DNA of 20,890 bases from Candidatus Krumholzibacteriia bacterium (GTDB lineage: Bacteria; Krumholzibacteriota; Krumholzibacteriia; WVZY01), in the NCBI GenBank assembly GCA_046754105.1, contig JBHHVD010000059.1, positions 1 to 20,890 of the forward strand, written 5' to 3'. The position numbers and the translations under genes were made by a program. How positions within the stretch are numbered: position 1 is the first letter of the stretch; every line of letters begins with the position of its first letter. Positions 6,379 to 15,304 of the stretch are shown piece by piece. The notes below the pieces were generated by a model, which did not search any database, was not told the DNA's origin, and worked only from the letters and a program-made list of their open reading frames with translations.

Positions 6379-8451
6379 ATGTTTGCGCTCGTCAAGAACA
6401 CGATGAAATCGAGCCAGGGCTCGGCGCTGGTCATTGCCCTGCTCGTGATCATGAGCCTTTCGATCCTCGCGGCCGGGTTCGCGATGGTGACCAACACTGA
6501 AACCAGCATCTCCGGCATGCAGAAGAGCGAGACCAAGGCGTTCTACATCGCCCAGACGGCGATCGACCGCTCGGTCAAGCAGCTGACCGAGAACCCGGGG
6601 TGGCGGGACGGTTACACCGCCGCCAAGTACGAGGGCGGCAAGTACGATGTCGAGGTATTCGACTCGACGGACAACGGCATCGGCACCTTCGACCCGAACC
6701 TCCCGGACAACTACGTGAGAATCGTGGCGACCAGCGACCTCAACGGCGTCAAGAAGGAGATCGAGGCGCTGTGGGTCAACCCGCTGACCGCGTTCAACTA
6801 CGCCTACTCGTCGGGCGACCAGGTCGAGCTCCACAACCACGGCACCCCGAGCGCGGTGGTGACGGCGGACATCCACAACAACGCGTGGAACGGCGGCGTC
6901 ATCAACCTGAACGAGGGGACGACGGTGTACGGCAACGTCACCAGCGTCGGCGATATCGTCGTCGGCACGCCGAAGGACGGCAGCGCCGCCATCGTCTACG
7001 GTAACGTGTGGGGTGACAATATCGCGATCACCACCAACAGCCGTGTCGAGAAATACTTCAACCTCAGCGAGATCACCGAGGGCCGGGACCTCAACGGCGA
7101 CTCCGACGCGCTCGACACCGGCCTCTCGAAGGGGCTGGCCGATGTCACCGGCGCGACCGCGATCAATTCCGGTGGCACGAACCTCAACAACGGTGACGCC
7201 GACGGCCGGGTCGCCAGCGGCACCGTCCCGGTCAGCGTCGGCGGGGCTCTGCCGGCCACCATTATCGACCCGCGCCCGGACTTCGGCGTGTACTACGATC
7301 TGGTCACCGGCTCCATGGCCTATCCCGCCGGGGCGAACCACGTAATCACGCCCATCGACGGCGACGGCGACGGCCATTACTTCGCCTCGGCGACGGCGTT
7401 TACCAGCTGGCTCACGACGCAGGGCACGACCAACGTCACCTGTTGGCAGTGTGCGGGCGACGGGCTGGTCGACCCGACGAACACCGTGGTGTGCCCAACC
7501 TGTGGCGGCACCGGACAGGACCAGGCGGTCGTTGTGACGGGCGTTTTCTACGTCGACGACGCAAATCTCGATCTCAGCGCCTACCCGAGCAACATTCTCA
7601 TGCACGGTTCGCTCGTGGTCGCAGAGGGGGATCCCAACGGCTGGCCGATGAAGACGGTCAACATTCCCGGCGGCACGTACGACATCCCTCACTTCCCCAC
7701 CTCGGGGACGTTTAAGATGAAGGGCGCTTCGCGAAAGCACTTCACGCAGACCTATCGCTCGAGCAACGGCACCTACCAGTGGAACACGCGCGAGATCTAC
7801 ACCGGGGCCGACGTGCAGTACCTGCCCATTATGGAACCGACCGACGGCACGTTTATGCGCCAGTTTCCTTCGGTTATTACGCCGCTCAAGATCGACATCC
7901 ACCCGAGGGAGACCGGGTCGTCGTTCTACCAGGCCGATATCGGTGAGGAGATGGTCACGATCGTCCAGGGCGTCATGTACGCCGAGGGCGAGGTGCACAT
8001 GCACGGCAAGGGCGGCGGCAAGACGACGAACTTCGACGAGACCAAGAACCGCAAGCCCGGGGACAAGGTCAAAGAGAAGGACGTCGGAATCGATCTCAAT
8101 GGCGACGGTGATACGAACGACAAGGTCCAGGTCATGAACATCACCACCGTCCCGATCATCCCGACCGGGGGCGGCAAGTTCAACGTCGATATCAACGCCG
8201 ACGCGGTTCTCGAGGTCGTGACCCTGGGCGGCGACTACAACGGCCTCTTTGACACCAACGGCTGGGAATACCCGATTCTGCTCTACCACGAGGGCATTCT
8301 CCTCGGGCAGAAGCTCCATACCTGCGAGCACTACGGCATTCTCTTCGACCCGGAGATCGCCGGCTCGGGGATCCCGTTCGGTTTCGACGTGAAGTTCGGC
8401 TCCACGTCCTACCAGGGCATCGTCGCCTGGCGCGAGAACACGACCGAGTAG
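6379..8451 (+). CDS. Large PilX/GspK-like minor pilin with extended C-terminal region
   Basis: SSQG|SALVIALLVIMSLSILAAGF lacks Glu+5, as is typical of PilX, and is followed by KAFYIAQTAI. The C-terminal IVAWRE is typical of PilX-like proteins. GGAGG at 6366-6370 precedes ATG 6379. Confidence 0.85.
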   Translation: MFALVKNTMKSSQGSALVIALLVIMSLSILAAGFAMVTNTETSISGMQKSETKAFYIAQTAIDRSVKQLTENPGWRDGYTAAKYEGGKYDVEVFDSTDNGIGTFDPNLPDNYVRIVATSDLNGVKKEIEALWVNPLTAFNYAYSSGDQVELHNHGTPSAVVTADIHNNAWNGGVINLNEGTTVYGNVTSVGDIVVGTPKDGSAAIVYGNVWGDNIAITTNSRVEKYFNLSEITEGRDLNGDSDALDTGLSKGLADVTGATAINSGGTNLNNGDADGRVASGTVPVSVGGALPATIIDPRPDFGVYYDLVTGSMAYPAGANHVITPIDGDGDGHYFASATAFTSWLTTQGTTNVTCWQCAGDGLVDPTNTVVCPTCGGTGQDQAVVVTGVFYVDDANLDLSAYPSNILMHGSLVVAEGDPNGWPMKTVNIPGGTYDIPHFPTSGTFKMKGASRKHFTQTYRSSNGTYQWNTREIYTGADVQYLPIMEPTDGTFMRQFPSVITPLKIDIHPRETGSSFYQADIGEEMVTIVQGVMYAEGEVHMHGKGGGKTTNFDETKNRKPGDKVKEKDVGIDLNGDGDTNDKVQVMNITTVPIIPTGGGKFNVDINADAVLEVVTLGGDYNGLFDTNGWEYPILLYHEGILLGQKLHTCEHYGILFDPEIAGSGIPFGFDVKFGSTSYQGIVAWRENTTE

Positions 8452-8461
8452 CACGAACGCT

Positions 8462-8494
8462 GCGCCGCGCCCCCAACCCGCGGGGGCGTGGCGC
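8462..8494 (+). terminator. Strong GC stem-loop after the pilin operon (terminator or 3'-end stabiliser)
   Basis: GCGCCGCGCCCCC-AACCCGC-GGGGGCGTGGCGC forms a 13-bp stem with one G-U pair, 10 nt after the stop codon. There is no U-tract. Confidence 0.5.
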
Positions 8495-9006
8495 CGCCCG
8501 TCGCCGGTGGTCGCTCGCATACCGGTCTCATCCAAGAGCCTCCCGTCCCATCGCCCCCACCGCCAGGAAGACACGTAACTATCTATTAGAGAATGTATTA
8601 CGTATAATGCCAACGTCGTCCTTCTCATCGGGCATACGGTGTCGATTCATCCAGGTCCAACGGATGATGCAGGACTCTTCCCGGCGCGCGCGCCAGAACA
8701 CGGCGCGCCTGCACGCCCTGCTCAACGTCAGCCGCATGATGGGCTGTTGATCTTGACCCGCGACACGGATCCTTCGGATTGCCCCAGCCTCGGTGCCCGA
8801 CATCCGGCACTCCGGCGAAACGTCCTAGCCGGGCGACCCGGCCCTCGGGACGGCTCGCGAACGCCCCGTTTCACGACTTTTTTCCGTAACGTGGTTACGT
8901 ATTTACCCACCCCCGACTTCCCGGCCGTACAACTAATTTGTTTCGCAGGGATTACAAACCCGGCACCCTGCGGGCCGTCCGCCTTGCGTTTCGAAACGAT
9001 TTTCTT

Positions 9007-9052
9007 ATTCTATATATAGTAGTGGTGTTCAAACCGCCCCCAGATATTGTAT
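9007..9052 (+). promoter_or_regulatory. Tandem NrdR boxes upstream of nrdJ
   Basis: ATTCTATATATAGTAG (9007-9022) and CCCCCAGATATTGTAT (9037-9052) match the NrdR consensus acaCwAtATaTwGtgt. They lie 30 bp apart, directly upstream of a ribonucleotide reductase gene. Confidence 0.8.
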
Positions 9053-9143
9053 AGTTTCTCTCCCCGGTCACATCCATCCGGCCGGCGGGAGAACGGCGCG
9101 GAATGTGCGGGGGAACGAATTGAATAAACGGGGGAGCAAGAAA

Positions 9144-11366
9144 ATGATGAATCTGAGTGAAAACGCCTTCACGGTTCTCGAAAAAAGATACCTGCGAAAA
9201 AAAGATGGCAACGGCCGCGTTGAGACGGTCGAAGAGTTGTTCCGCCGGGTCGCGACGAACATCTCGCAGGCGGAACTCAACTATGACCGCAGCGAGAATG
9301 CGCGACAAGAATGCGGCGATGAGTTCTTCGATATCATGACGAACTTCGAGTTCCTCCCCAACTCCCCGACCTTGATGAACGCCGGTACGAACATCCAGCA
9401 GCTCGCCGCGTGCTTTGTTCTTCCCGTCGGCGACTCGATGGACGCGATCTTCGACTCGGTCAAGAACGCCGCGCTGATCCACAAGAGTGGCGGCGGCACC
9501 GGGTTCTCGTTTTCGCGGCTGAGGCCCAAGGATGACGTCGTACAAAGCACCAGCGGTGTCTCGAGTGGGCCGCTGTCCTTCATGACGGTATTCGACGCCG
9601 CCACGGAGGCCGTCAAGCAGGGCGGGCGCCGGCGCGGGGCGAACATGGCCATCCTCAGGGTGGACCATCCCGACATCCTGGATTTCATCGAGTCCAAGAA
9701 GAAGCACGATCGCCTGAACAATTTCAACATATCCGTGGCCATCACGGACGCCTTCATGCAGGCGCTCGCCGACGGCGGGGAATACGGTCTCACCAATCCG
9801 CGCAGCGGGGAGGTCGAGGGAAGCCTGTCGGCCCGAAAAGTGTTCGACCTCATCGTGGAGTCGGCCTGGCAGAGTGGGGAGCCCGGGATCGTGTTCATCG
9901 ACCGAATCAACCGCGACAACCCGACACCGCATCTGGGTGAAATCGAGAGCACCAACCCCTGCGGCGAGCAGCCCCTCCTGCCGTACGAATCGTGCAACCT
10001 CGGGTCGCTGAACTTGAGCACCGTCGTACGCGAGGAAAACGGCGAGCACTTTATCGACTACGACCGCCTGCGCCGCAATACCCGGGTGGCGGTGCGTTTC
10101 CTCGACGACGTCATCGACATGAACGCCTACCCGCTACCCGAGATCGAGGCCCGCACCCGGGCCAATCGCAAGATCGGTCTCGGCATCATGGGCTTCGCCG
10201 ACATGCTGATCAAGCTCCACGTCTCGTACGACTCCGACGACGCCGTCGAGCTGGCCGGAAAACTCATGCGCTTCATCCAGGAGGAAGCCACCGCGGCCTC
10301 CGAGGAGCTGGGGGAGGTTCGCGGCCCGTTTCCCTCCTTCGAGGGCAGCGTGTTCGATCGCGCGGGCAAGCGCCCGCGGCGCAACGCGACCACGACCACG
10401 ATCGCTCCGACCGGCACCATCAGCATCATTGCGGGAGCCTCGAGCGGTATCGAGCCACTCTTTGCCCTGGCCTACGTCCGCAACGTGCTCGACGACGAAG
10501 AACTGGTCGAGGTCAACCCCGCCTTCAAGGAGATCGCCGAGCGCGAAGGGTTCTACAGTGACGCACTGATGAACCGCATCGCGCGCGAGGGCACCGTGGC
10601 GCACATGGACGAGGTGCCCGAGGAGTGGCGGCGGATCTTTCGCACGGCCCACGACATCCCACCCGAAGCCCACATCCGCATGCAGGCCGCCTTTCAGGAA
10701 CACACAGACAACGCGGTCTCCAAGACGGTGAACTTTCCACGGGAGGCGAGCGAGGGCGACGTGCAAGAGGTCTTCCAGCTCGCCCACCGTCTCGGATGCA
10801 AGGGGGTTACCGTTTATCGTGACGGCAGCCGGGAAGCGCAGGTCCTGAACATAGAAAAGGTCAACCGCGCCGATGCGCAATCCAAGAAGGTGCCGCGCAA
10901 GCGCTCCGACGCCCTGTCCGGCACCACCCGCAAGATGCCCACTGGCTGCGGCAATCTCTATGTGACGATCAACGACGAGGGCCGTGGCCCCTTCGAGCTC
11001 TTCGCCCAAATCGGCAAGGCGGGCGGCTGCGCGGGCTCGCAGGCGGAAGCCATCGGCCGCCTCGTGTCGCTGGCGCTGCGCGCCGGTGTGGATCCCTCTT
11101 CGATCACCAAGCAGCTGCGCGGAGTGAGGTGCCCGTCGCCGGGATGGGACAACGGCAAGCTCATCCTTTCCTGCGCCGACGGCATCAGCAAGGCGCTGGA
11201 GAGGTACCTCTCGGAACGGAAGCTGCTGGATTCGGAGTTGCTCTCACTGGAGAACGATTCGATCGTGAATCGTTGCGCGGGGCGCTGTGTGGATTGCGGC
11301 AGCCCGCTGGAATTCGACGGCGGTTGCAGCGTGTGCAGGTCGTGCGGTTTCTCCAGGTGCGGCTAG
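9144..11366 (+). CDS. nrdJ: Vitamin B12-dependent (class II) ribonucleotide reductase with C-terminal TSCPD domain and Zn ribbon
   Basis: Motifs PNSPTLMNAG, QLAACFV, TNPCGEQPL, ESCNLGS and TTTIAPTGTIS are present. KGVTVYRDGSR has YR rather than the class I YY. LSCADGI is TSCPD-like and the C-terminus is CVDC..CSVCRSCGFSRCG. There is no adjacent beta-subunit gene. RBS GGGGAG precedes ATG 9144. Confidence 0.95.
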   Translation: MMNLSENAFTVLEKRYLRKKDGNGRVETVEELFRRVATNISQAELNYDRSENARQECGDEFFDIMTNFEFLPNSPTLMNAGTNIQQLAACFVLPVGDSMDAIFDSVKNAALIHKSGGGTGFSFSRLRPKDDVVQSTSGVSSGPLSFMTVFDAATEAVKQGGRRRGANMAILRVDHPDILDFIESKKKHDRLNNFNISVAITDAFMQALADGGEYGLTNPRSGEVEGSLSARKVFDLIVESAWQSGEPGIVFIDRINRDNPTPHLGEIESTNPCGEQPLLPYESCNLGSLNLSTVVREENGEHFIDYDRLRRNTRVAVRFLDDVIDMNAYPLPEIEARTRANRKIGLGIMGFADMLIKLHVSYDSDDAVELAGKLMRFIQEEATAASEELGEVRGPFPSFEGSVFDRAGKRPRRNATTTTIAPTGTISIIAGASSGIEPLFALAYVRNVLDDEELVEVNPAFKEIAEREGFYSDALMNRIAREGTVAHMDEVPEEWRRIFRTAHDIPPEAHIRMQAAFQEHTDNAVSKTVNFPREASEGDVQEVFQLAHRLGCKGVTVYRDGSREAQVLNIEKVNRADAQSKKVPRKRSDALSGTTRKMPTGCGNLYVTINDEGRGPFELFAQIGKAGGCAGSQAEAIGRLVSLALRAGVDPSSITKQLRGVRCPSPGWDNGKLILSCADGISKALERYLSERKLLDSELLSLENDSIVNRCAGRCVDCGSPLEFDGGCSVCRSCGFSRCG

Positions 11367-14248
11367 CTGCGGCTTCGCAGCTTTTCGAGTCTCTCTCGAG
11401 CGTCGTCGATCCTGGCCGTGCCCGGGTCCGCGTCCTTCCAGATGTCTAGAAACTCCTCGTAACGGCGGATGGCCCGATCGCGCCATCCCGATTTCTCGTA
11501 GGCGAGCCCCAGGGTATAGCCGGCCTTCACCGAGAGGATCGCGTCGCGCACACGATCTTCCGAATAGCGGCCGAGGAGGCCCTCGAGGGCTTCCACCGCC
11601 TCGGGCAGGCGCCCGGCTTCAAGATAAGCCTGGGCAAGCACGTACCGGCTACTGAAACTCGGTATGGCGCGGGTTCCGCTCTCGAGATCGTCGATGGCGG
11701 CAGCCGCGTTTCCCTTCTTGAACTCGATGTAGCCTCGGGAGAACGACAGCAGCGGCCGAAACGCAGCATCGGTCTGTTCGATCTCCGCCTCCAGTTCCCC
11801 CAGCAACTGCCCGGCACGGGCGAAGTCCCCTTTCTCACCCATCAGCCCGATCAACACGGGGCGCAGTGCCGCCATGCGCGTCGGGTCGATCCCGCGCATG
11901 ACGGACTCCATCTCGTGGTAGGCAGCCTCGGCTGCCTCGAAGTTTTCCTTTTCGATGTAGACCTGCATCAGCATGATGAACTTACGCAGGTGCGGGACGC
12001 CGCCGAAACCTTCGAGCCGGTCCGCCGCGATGCCGTGCTGCAGCGCCTCCAGTGCCTCATCCAGCTTCCCCCGGTACAGCGGGATGATTGCGAGCGACAT
12101 CAAGCCCCGGGAGCGAACGGCGGCATCCCCCATCGACAGCAGCTTGACGTACTCCTTTCGCGCCTTGTCGTATTCACCGGTCAGTGTGTACAGGTGTCCC
12201 ATCTTCCGGGTCGAAGCATAGAAATCCGGCTTGATTTCGACGGCTTTGCCGTACGAGGCGATGGCTTCAGCGGTCTTGCCGCTAAACGCGTACAGGTCGC
12301 CGCGCGTGTCGTAGGGGTTCGGTTCCCCGGGGGCCAGCTTGATATAGTGATTGATGGCCCACAGGGAGTTCTCCAGGTCGCCGACCTCCTGGTACTGGTA
12401 CGCGAGGGTGTTGTAGCTGAGCTTGTCCATCGGGTCGATCTCGATCGCCTTCCTGAGGCAGGCGATCGCTTTGTCGGACTCGCGCTTGCCGCCGTAGATT
12501 TCGCCGAGCGTCTTGTGGGCGTTCTTCTCGTCGGGAAACTGTTCGAGCAGCTGATTCAAGAGCGCGATTGCCTCGTCGAAGCGGCTCTCGGCGATGGCGG
12601 CAGTGCTTTTGATGTAGAGCTTTTCTTTCTTGCTGCAACGATCGGAGTACTGCACCGCCTTGGCGATCGCCGCCTTTCTCTCGGCCAGGCTCTGGGATGA
12701 GCCGGCAAGCGCGCGGTAGGCCATCGCGAAGGTCGTGTCCGCCTCGATCGCCTTCCGAAAGCACTTTTTCGCTTCCTGCGAGTACAGCTTGTTGGCCTGG
12801 GCAACGCCGTCCAGGTATTCCTTGTAGGCCTCCGTCGAATGGGTCGTAACGTCGGCGACGGGGAGATCGGGCCCACCTGCCTCCTCGGACGACAGGTCGA
12901 GGTCGCCCCGTATCTCACCGGTCAAACGGTCGACGAGCGCGAATATTGTCTCGCCCGGCCGGCCGGTCGCGCGCTGCGATCCGAGGACGTCTCCGCTGCG
13001 CACGTCCACGATCTGCGACGTCATGACGATGTGGGGATCGACCTGCAGGATACTCCCCAGCAGCATCTGGCTCGCGCCGGCACGCGTGGCCACCCGCGTG
13101 GCGGTGTCGCGATCGAGGCTCTTTTCTCCCTCCCTCCCCTCGATCTTGAGGATGTCGTAGAGCCTCTGGCTCGAGAGCACTCTTAGCAGTCCCGACTCTG
13201 ACAAGTCCGTAATGAGCAGATTGGTCGCGATCTCGCCGAGACGCTGTTTGTCCGCGGGATCGACCAGGTTGTCGAAGTACATGATCGCCAGGGTGTTCTC
13301 GCCCGCCACGGCGCGCCGGTCACTCGAGATCTCGAACCGGAACGGTTTGAGGACCAGCACGGCCGCCACCGCCGCAAAGACGAGGGCGGCAGGCACGAGA
13401 AGTCCCCTCAACCGCCGCGCACCCCGCCGCGCCGGATTTCGGCCGGCTTCGAGGCGCCGCAAATCGTCGAGCACCGCCGCCGCGGAGGTGTAGCGCGCGG
13501 CGAGATCCTTGGCGAGCATCTTGTGCACGAGCCGCTCCAGCGCCTCCGAAATCCCCGGCCGGAGTGCGGAAACCGGCGTGGGCTCCTCGTTGATAATGGA
13601 ATAAATGACCGCCGCTGAATGGTCGCCGTTGAACGGCCTGCGGCCGGTCAGCATCTCGTAGAGTACGACCCCGAGCGAAAAGATATCCGTCTGCGCGCCG
13701 ACTTCCCCGCCGGCGGTCTGCTCCGGTGACATGTAGAAGATGGTCCCCATGGTGGACGACCGCGTGAGCTCACTTACCGTCCCCAGCTTGGCGAGCCCGA
13801 AATCCAGGATCTTGGCGCGTCCGTCGCGATCGATGAGAATGTTGTCGGGCTTGACGTCGCGGTGGACGACCCCCGCGTCGTGCGCTTTCGCCAGCCCGCC
13901 GGAGATTTGTGCCGCCAGTTCCAACGCTCTTTCGACCGTCAGATCACCACGCGCGATCACATCGGCGAGCGTTTCCCCGTCGACGTGGGCCATCGCGATA
14001 TACGGACGGCCTTCGTGCTCCGCAACTTCGTAGACGGTAATGATATTGGGGTGGTTTAGCGCGGCGGCCGCCTGCGCCTCGCGTTTGAAGCGCGCCTTCG
14101 CCTCCTCGTTCGATGCGGTCTCCTTCGGCAGGAACTTGAGCGCGACCTTGCGGTTGAGTTCGGTATCATCGGCGAGATACACCTCACCCATCCCGCCCTC
14201 GCCGAGCTTTTCGACAATTCTATAGCGGGAAATGACTTTTCCGATCAT
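11363..14248 (-). CDS. Membrane-anchored Hanks-type Ser/Thr protein kinase with TolB-N-like domain and TPR repeats
   Basis: Kinase motifs GEGGMGEV, VALK, HRDVKPDN, DFG, YMSPEQ and DIFSLG, then a TM helix LLVPAALVFAAVAAVLVL, a TLAIMYFDN domain and multiple TPRs (e.g. AHKTLGEIY..KAIEIDP). The start MIGKVISRYRIVEKLG at 14248 is typical of the family. Confidence 0.93.
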   Translation of the reverse strand: MIGKVISRYRIVEKLGEGGMGEVYLADDTELNRKVALKFLPKETASNEEAKARFKREAQAAAALNHPNIITVYEVAEHEGRPYIAMAHVDGETLADVIARGDLTVERALELAAQISGGLAKAHDAGVVHRDVKPDNILIDRDGRAKILDFGLAKLGTVSELTRSSTMGTIFYMSPEQTAGGEVGAQTDIFSLGVVLYEMLTGRRPFNGDHSAAVIYSIINEEPTPVSALRPGISEALERLVHKMLAKDLAARYTSAAAVLDDLRRLEAGRNPARRGARRLRGLLVPAALVFAAVAAVLVLKPFRFEISSDRRAVAGENTLAIMYFDNLVDPADKQRLGEIATNLLITDLSESGLLRVLSSQRLYDILKIEGREGEKSLDRDTATRVATRAGASQMLLGSILQVDPHIVMTSQIVDVRSGDVLGSQRATGRPGETIFALVDRLTGEIRGDLDLSSEEAGGPDLPVADVTTHSTEAYKEYLDGVAQANKLYSQEAKKCFRKAIEADTTFAMAYRALAGSSQSLAERKAAIAKAVQYSDRCSKKEKLYIKSTAAIAESRFDEAIALLNQLLEQFPDEKNAHKTLGEIYGGKRESDKAIACLRKAIEIDPMDKLSYNTLAYQYQEVGDLENSLWAINHYIKLAPGEPNPYDTRGDLYAFSGKTAEAIASYGKAVEIKPDFYASTRKMGHLYTLTGEYDKARKEYVKLLSMGDAAVRSRGLMSLAIIPLYRGKLDEALEALQHGIAADRLEGFGGVPHLRKFIMLMQVYIEKENFEAAEAAYHEMESVMRGIDPTRMAALRPVLIGLMGEKGDFARAGQLLGELEAEIEQTDAAFRPLLSFSRGYIEFKKGNAAAAIDDLESGTRAIPSFSSRYVLAQAYLEAGRLPEAVEALEGLLGRYSEDRVRDAILSVKAGYTLGLAYEKSGWRDRAIRRYEEFLDIWKDADPGTARIDDARERLEKLRSRS

Positions 14249-14421
14249 GTCTGCCCAATCGGTGTTCGGGTGTTGCGGGCTGACCGGCGGCTCGAGGGGC
14301 TGCCGCCTCGCACGGCCCCGGCGCCGAGGCCGGCTACCCAGGGGGGAAACCATTTGTGCAGTGGGCGGTCCGCGCCGCCCGCTGACCCGCTGCGAACGTC
14401 GCTGTCTGACACGGCGCTAGC

Positions 14422-14450
14422 ATTGTAACGGCTTGCGCGGCAAACGTCTA
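14422..14450 (-). promoter_or_regulatory. Putative sigma70 promoter for the kinase gene
   Basis: TAGACG (14450-14445)-N17-TACAAT (14427-14422) on the minus strand, in the intergenic region. Confidence 0.45.
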
Positions 14451-14476
14451 CAGGAATCTCAAAAAGACGTCTCGGG

Positions 14477-15304
14477 TCAGGTACGCGTGGCGACGATGAT
14501 ATCCTGGGAGCGCTGCAGATTGCCCTGTTCGCGCCACACGCCGTAGCGCACCGGGTCTACTACACGAAGCCCGCACGATTCGTACGTCGCGCGCACGGTG
14601 CTTTCCTCGTAGGCGATGCCGCGCTCGGGCGTCCTGGAGTCGATCGTCCAGTACCCGTCCCTTCGGTGGCGGAAATGCGTGCGCCCCGCCGGCAGGCCGT
14701 TTCCCGCGGTGTCGCCGAGCAGGAAGAACGTAATCAGGCACCGGCTGCCTCGTTTGAGCACGCGCCGGATCTCGGTCAGGTAATTCCGCACGTCTGCGGG
14801 CAACATGTGGGTAAAGACGGAGGTCAAGAACACGAAGTCGAACGTCTCGTTCTCGTAGGGAAATCGGTAGCCACCCGTCGGCCGGTTGCCCTTCGGGTTG
14901 TATTCCTTGTTATAGTTGTCAACGGTGTGGAACTGGAAATTGGGGAACCTTGCCGTGATATTCTTCCGGCACCAGCGAATGCCCGCCGGCACCACATCGA
15001 ACCCCTCGTAGCTCCCCTCCGCGGTCAGAAACCCCGTCAGCGGCACAGCCATCTGGCCGACGCCGCATCCCACGTCCAGCACGCGGTGATGCGGTTGCAG
15101 GCCGCCGAGCGCCACGAACGTGTGCAGGTAATCCTCGCCCGTTTCCTTGAAGTCCCCGCGGCCGACGAACATGAGCCCGCGCGGCGGCGTGAGGCGATCG
15201 CGGCGACCGAGCAGTTGGTCTACCGTATCCAGCGGGAAATAACATATACGCCGGAGTCGCTCTCGAACCGGTCTCGGAACGTGCCTGCGCAGGATACGCT
15301 TCAT
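14477..15304 (-). CDS. Class I SAM-dependent methyltransferase
   Basis: Motif I VLDVGCGVG, acidic YEGFDV, FDFVFLTSVFTH and RVLKRGSRCLIT. Confidence 0.9.
   Translation of the reverse strand: MKRILRRHVPRPVRERLRRICYFPLDTVDQLLGRRDRLTPPRGLMFVGRGDFKETGEDYLHTFVALGGLQPHHRVLDVGCGVGQMAVPLTGFLTAEGSYEGFDVVPAGIRWCRKNITARFPNFQFHTVDNYNKEYNPKGNRPTGGYRFPYENETFDFVFLTSVFTHMLPADVRNYLTEIRRVLKRGSRCLITFFLLGDTAGNGLPAGRTHFRHRRDGYWTIDSRTPERGIAYEESTVRATYESCGLRVVDPVRYGVWREQGNLQRSQDIIVATRT

Noticed and set aside
6298..8628. 776-aa minus-strand ORF
   Set aside because: Antisense shadow of the PilX-like gene, expected from high-GC codon bias; no domain motifs.
8452..9143. Cobalamin riboswitch upstream of B12-dependent nrdJ
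   Set aside because: No recognisable B12-box or conserved riboswitch core by eye, and NrdR boxes explain the regulation. An Rfam scan would settle it.
9144..11366. Intein or intron in the ribonucleotide reductase
   Set aside because: The TNPCGEQPL region and other core motifs are contiguous, and the length is normal.
14249..14353. ORF-track N-terminal extension of the kinase
   Set aside because: Low-complexity Arg/Pro sequence; MIGKVISRY at 14248 is the typical start.
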